From: Paramoeba atlantica
Taxonomy: Eukaryota; Protista; Discosea
Assembly (NCBI GenBank): GCA_977017575.1
Contig: CDRNVI010000156.1
Span: forward strand, 317,503 to 381,502
Direction of reading: 5' to 3'
Length of the DNA: 64,000 nt
Below, in pieces: positions 59,401 to 64,000 of the stretch (its first letter is position 1; each line of letters opens with the position of its first letter). A program made the translations under genes and the position numbers. The notes beneath the pieces were generated by a model. That model did no database searches, was not told the origin of the DNA, and saw only the letters and a program-made list of their open reading frames with translations.

Positions 59401-62400
59401 CATCAAAGAGGCTTTATTAGACACAGGAGTGGCGTTAAATCCACTCAAATCATTGACAAATGTAATTGCTGGAGGTGGTACAATCGGTGTTCGACATCTT
59501 CATTTGGACCCCCAATATTTTTCAAGAGCCACTCTCAGAAAACAATTACAGTAATTTGATTTTTCTTTCTCTTTTTCTTTCCTTTTCAATCAAGTATTAA
59601 TTTTGGAAAAAATAGGGAACATTTGAAAACCGTATTAGGAAGGCCTTATGAACAACATTTAGATGTGTTGGTAAGGGCTGGTCTTGGTAAAGGAAAACAA
59701 AAATCTTCTGAAGAGAGTGGCCGTTGGTTTTGTTCTTCTCTTATCGCTGGTATTGTCTTTCTTTCTTTCTTTTTCTTTTCTCTCCAATGAAATTGATAAT
59801 CCTTCGGTTCAGCAACATACAATGCATTAAACCTCTTCTCGGAAACGATCAACACATCAGATTGTCTCCCAAGATTCTTTGCCAAAAACATTGAACTCAA
59901 CAAAGGAGCTACCCTTGGACCTATCCAAACATTTTCAAAACCTCTCTCTGCTGTCATTTCAGCTTCTCAAATTATCAAGAGAAAAGAAAGAGATCTTCTA
60001 CTCTCTCCTCCTTCTTCTCCTTCTGCCAGTTACAGTAAAAATTCAGACCAAATCGAAGATGGAAATTGCGGAGAAAGAGATTTCGTCGAAAATCTTCTTG
60101 ATCTCTCTGAGTCGAATGAAAGTAAAAAGGAGAGAGAGAGAAAAGAGGAGAGAGGAGAAAATGCTGGAGCGGTTGTCGATGAAACAAAAAAAGTCGAAAA
60201 GGTTCTTTCATTTGATTTTTAGAATCAAAATTCCATCATTCTCAAGTTTATCTCTTTTCCTTTTCACAGAAGTCTTTTGATCGTTCAAAAAGCGACCCGG
60301 AATTGAACCGAACGGCTTATGGGCAAATGAAACAAGCAGAGGTATTTGAGAAAGAAACAAAGAAACAAGAAAATAGAAAGAAAAAAAGATCAAGAAGAAA
60401 AATTATTGATTCTTTGAACAAAAGAGAGATTTACATCTTAAAATCCCCACACCTCTAAGAGAAGGATGGATAACCCCCCCTATTTCTTCAGGAAGAGACA
60501 AATCATCTTTTTCTTCTTCTCCTTCTTCTCCAGACAGAGAGGAGAGAGAGCTTTCGAAGAAGCTGATCTTCCTTTCTGGTGTTTTGACCAAAGAGGATGA
60601 AAAGTGGGGGGAGAGAGAGAAAGACAAGAAGAAAAAGAGATCTTCTTCTTCTTGGGTTTCGAGGTCTGAAATTGAAGAGAGAGACAAACGTGAGAAAGAA
60701 AAGAAAAAGAAAAAGCGATCTTCAGTTCAGGGATTGCCAAATACAAAGTTGCAGGAAAGTATCTCTCCTGAAAAAGACAAAGAAGAAAAGAGAAAGAAAA
60801 GATCCTTTTCTTCTTCAGGGAATAGAAGTTTGAAACATGAAAATCAAAAACAGAAAGAAAAGAAAATCACTTCAAATCAGGTTTTTCTATTCTTTTTCAC
60901 TTTTCTTTTTCGACATTGACTAAAATTACAATTTTCTTTTTAGAAAAATGAAGAGACAGAGTATAAAGAAGATGAGAATATTTCGTTTCTGGAGATGTTA
61001 AGGATGACCCCTCCTCTTGTAGTTTTTGTACCTTTTTCTTCTCTTTTCAGTTTTTTTTTGTAACTATGAGCTGACAAATTTTTTTGCTATTTTAGATGGA
61101 AAGAAGAGAAGGGTCCGATCTCTCATTGCGAGAAATGTTAGCTGAACCAATCCCATCAGACACACATCAAACAAGATCACCACCAACATCTCCACCACAA
61201 TCAACTCTTGGAAGAACATCTTTATCTCAATCTTCTTCTTCTCTTTCACAAACAAGAGTGAAATTTCCATCTTCAACAATTAGGCCCTCTCTAACAACAA
61301 GAACGAAATCTTTTACTTCTGCAAAGGCGACAATCGCAGCAACATCATCATCAAAGTCACCGCCATCCTCAATGAGTCCATCAAATGTTACTTTTCCAAC
61401 AACATCATCTCCAACTCACCCAATTAGTCCAATCTTGTCATCATCATCTCTATTGACATCATTGCCATCACCACCATCCTCATCAACATCTTCTTCCTCT
61501 TCTTCTTCCTCTTCATCTTCCTCTTCGTTCTTAACTCAACCAACAATAACAATGAGTCCAAGATTTGGAACACGAACGACAACATCTAATCTTAATACAA
61601 TTCCCAAGACAACGACATTACCAAGTCCGAAAAAAAGAACAAAAACAACAATGGCCCTCAAAGCAACAACACCCTCACCAACAAATCCGAACACAATATC
61701 CAAAACAACAACAACAACAGCAACAACAACAACAAAATTATCATCTTCATCAACTTCATCAACAACAAATCCGAACAATCCAAACCGCAAAACAATCTCA
61801 ACAATGAGCCCAAGAACAAAAACAAAAACAAAAAAGAATGATTTTGTTGTTGTGGAAGAAGAAGAAGAAGAATTGGCACAAAATGGTGGTGGTGGTGGTG
61901 ATCAAGTTTCTCTCTTTGAGATGTTACAAATGAATTTGGTTTTTTTTCTTTTCTTTTCCCCCTCCTCTTTTCTTCTCCTCTTTTCTCTCTCTTTTTTTTC
62001 TCTTTGTTATTTTCTCAGCTCGATTTTTTGATTTCTATTTTTTGATGATTGTGAAAAGGAAAAGGAAAATGAAACAAAAGAAGAAGAATATTCTTTTTAT
62101 GAAATGTTAAAGACAAATCAGGTTTCTTTTTTCTTTGAAAAAGATTTTTGGTTCTTTTCAAAAAAATTAATTATTATTCTTGGATTAATTTATTTTTGCT
62201 AATTTTTATTTCTTTTTTCTTTCTCTTCTCTTTTATTTCGTCTTTTTCTTTGTCAACAGAGTAAAGAGAGCGAAAATAAAGAAGAAGAATTTTCTCTTCG
62301 AAAGAAGTTGAAGTCCCCTGATCTTCTCAAAAGCCCTGTTCTTTTTACTTATTTTTATTTGTTTTATTTTTATTCTTTATTTTTATTATTTTTTGAAATG

Positions 62401-64000
62401 ATTTTCTTCTTTGTTTGTTTCTTTATTTTTCTTGTTCATTTTCTTTTGAGAAGAACAGTTAATTTACAAGAATTTTTAGGGGAAAAAACGTCGAGAGGAA
62501 GAGAGAACAAAGCTACCTTTTGTATCATTCTTTCTTCTGTTTTCCTTTCTCTTTTTTTAAAACTGAATTTTGCATTTTTTGTAGAGGCGAACAAAGAGCG
62601 TGAGCAGAGATATTACTATTCTCAAAAAGGTTTTCTTTTTCATTCTTCCAGTCACATTTTAATTTCTAACAAATTTAACTGTTAATTTCATTTAAAATTC
62701 TTTTTAAACAAATTTTAGAGAACAAAATCAGAAAAAAAAAGAGACTTTATCTCTCCTACACCGGAAACCCAAAAAGAAAGAGAGAAAAAGAAAGAGATTT
62801 TTGGAGCAGGGTCTACCTCCGCTCTCAGATTTCGTTCCCCAAATCCTTTTACCGTCCAACAAGTTCTCTTTATCTCTCTCTCTTTCTCTTTCTCCTTTAT
62901 TGAATATTTTTGAAAGGGAATTTGTCTTGAAAGTGAAGAAGATGTTTCGTTTCGCGATATGTTGAGAATGGACCCAATAATTAGTCCAAGAACAAGAACA
63001 AAAACAACAATGGGAACAAAAACGCCACCAACAACAATTACAACTCCAAATCCTTTTGTCACTTTTTCAGAAGAAAGTTCAGAACCATTCCCAACAACCT
63101 CAAAACCTTCTTCTCCAACACCAACTTCATCATTTCCAATAACAACAAAAACAACAACGCCACCATTCTCAACAACAACAACAACTCCATCATTCCCATT
63201 AACAACAACAACAACAACAACAACAATAAATCCATCATCTCCAAGAACAAGAATTGAAAATGAAGTTGGTGGAGAAAGTTTGTCTTTTTTGGACATGCTG
63301 AGGGATGCCCCTCTGGTTTTTTCTTTCTTTCTTTCTTTGTTGTTTGAAAATTGTTTTATTTTTTTTATTTTATTGTTTATTTTCATGGTTTTTTTTTCTT
63401 TTATTTCAAAGAAAAACCGTCTCTTCTCTCCCCATCATTTTATCTTATTTTATTCATTCCAGCAGAAAGAGAAAGAAGAATTATCATTCCTAGATATGTT
63501 AAAAATTGATCCCTCTGATTCTATTGAGTCACATCCCTCAGAAGATGTTGTTCTGAAGAGTCCTCAATTAATGGTCCCATTTCATTTGTTTATTATTGTT
63601 CTTGTTTATTATTGTTCTTGTTTTTTTTTGATTTGATTTCATTTATTTAGTAAGATTATTAAAATATAAAAAAATGAAAATTGATAACAAAAATTCAATT
63701 TTATGAAAATGGATGATTAAAAACAGTTTTTTTTCAGAAAACCTCTTCAAAAGATTGCCCGAAGCGAGTTCTCTTTCTTTCTTTTGTCCTTTCTCCTCTC
63801 CAATTTTCTTTAATTTTAGATTAAATTTTTAAAAAACAGAAACCAAAAAAAAAGAATTCTCTGAAAACTAGTGATCTATTTTCTTCTTCTCTTCCCTCGT
63901 CTCGAATTCCGGTTCCTTCTTTTCTTTTCCTTTTTCTGTTGCAACAACAAGGTTTTTTTTTAAATGAATGTTTCATTTTTATGAATACATCTTTTTTCCA
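56407..64000 (+). CDS. cNMP-binding + C2 + permuted papain-like amidase, paralog C, with very long disordered tail; 5' end uncertain, may run off the window
   Basis: cNMP-like exons (FQHYSSGTVL...HFIWEG...NSFLG), C2 (YGFVDVVILSA...WVWEEPATF), LSTGDIILFD, SRWDHVAVV, EALLDTGV, IGVRHL, RWFCSSLIA; downstream exons splice in apparent continuity. Confidence 0.7.

Noticed and set aside
1-64000. CRISPR arrays, rRNA genes, retrotransposon ORFs
   Set aside because: No repeat-spacer arrays, rRNA-like segments or RT/integrase motifs seen.

Overview
AT-rich, intron-dense eukaryotic genomic DNA. Introns are short and T-rich, often with GTT- donors; an amoebozoan-like protist is inferred from gene content, not proven. 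About 30 genes are recognisable after manual splicing: three C2 + permuted papain-like (NlpC/P60, YiiX-type) amidase paralogs, MRPL3, an Elongin-B-like protein, four SPRY-like genes, AMACR, ERD2, WTAP, a PQ-loop transporter, a TGL4/SDP1-like lipase with a C1 domain, duplicated Rab and PAK-like kinase genes, a histidine acid phosphatase, an LRR protein, a DHHC acyltransferase, Rac-like GTPases and an old yellow enzyme. The most striking region is 25.2-32.1 kb. There a tRNA-Ser(CGA) gene fills most of a short spliceosomal intron of the lipase gene, and that intron has accumulated about 6 kb of inserted and duplicated DNA. The insert includes a decayed RAG1/Transib-like transposase, an intron-containing HNH endonuclease gene, an 88-bp near-perfect palindrome, three copies of the lipase 5' exons, and four tRNA copies, two of which are exactly complementary halves (nt 1-28 and nt 29-84). 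Exon structures were assembled by eye and no database searches were run, so boundaries are approximate.
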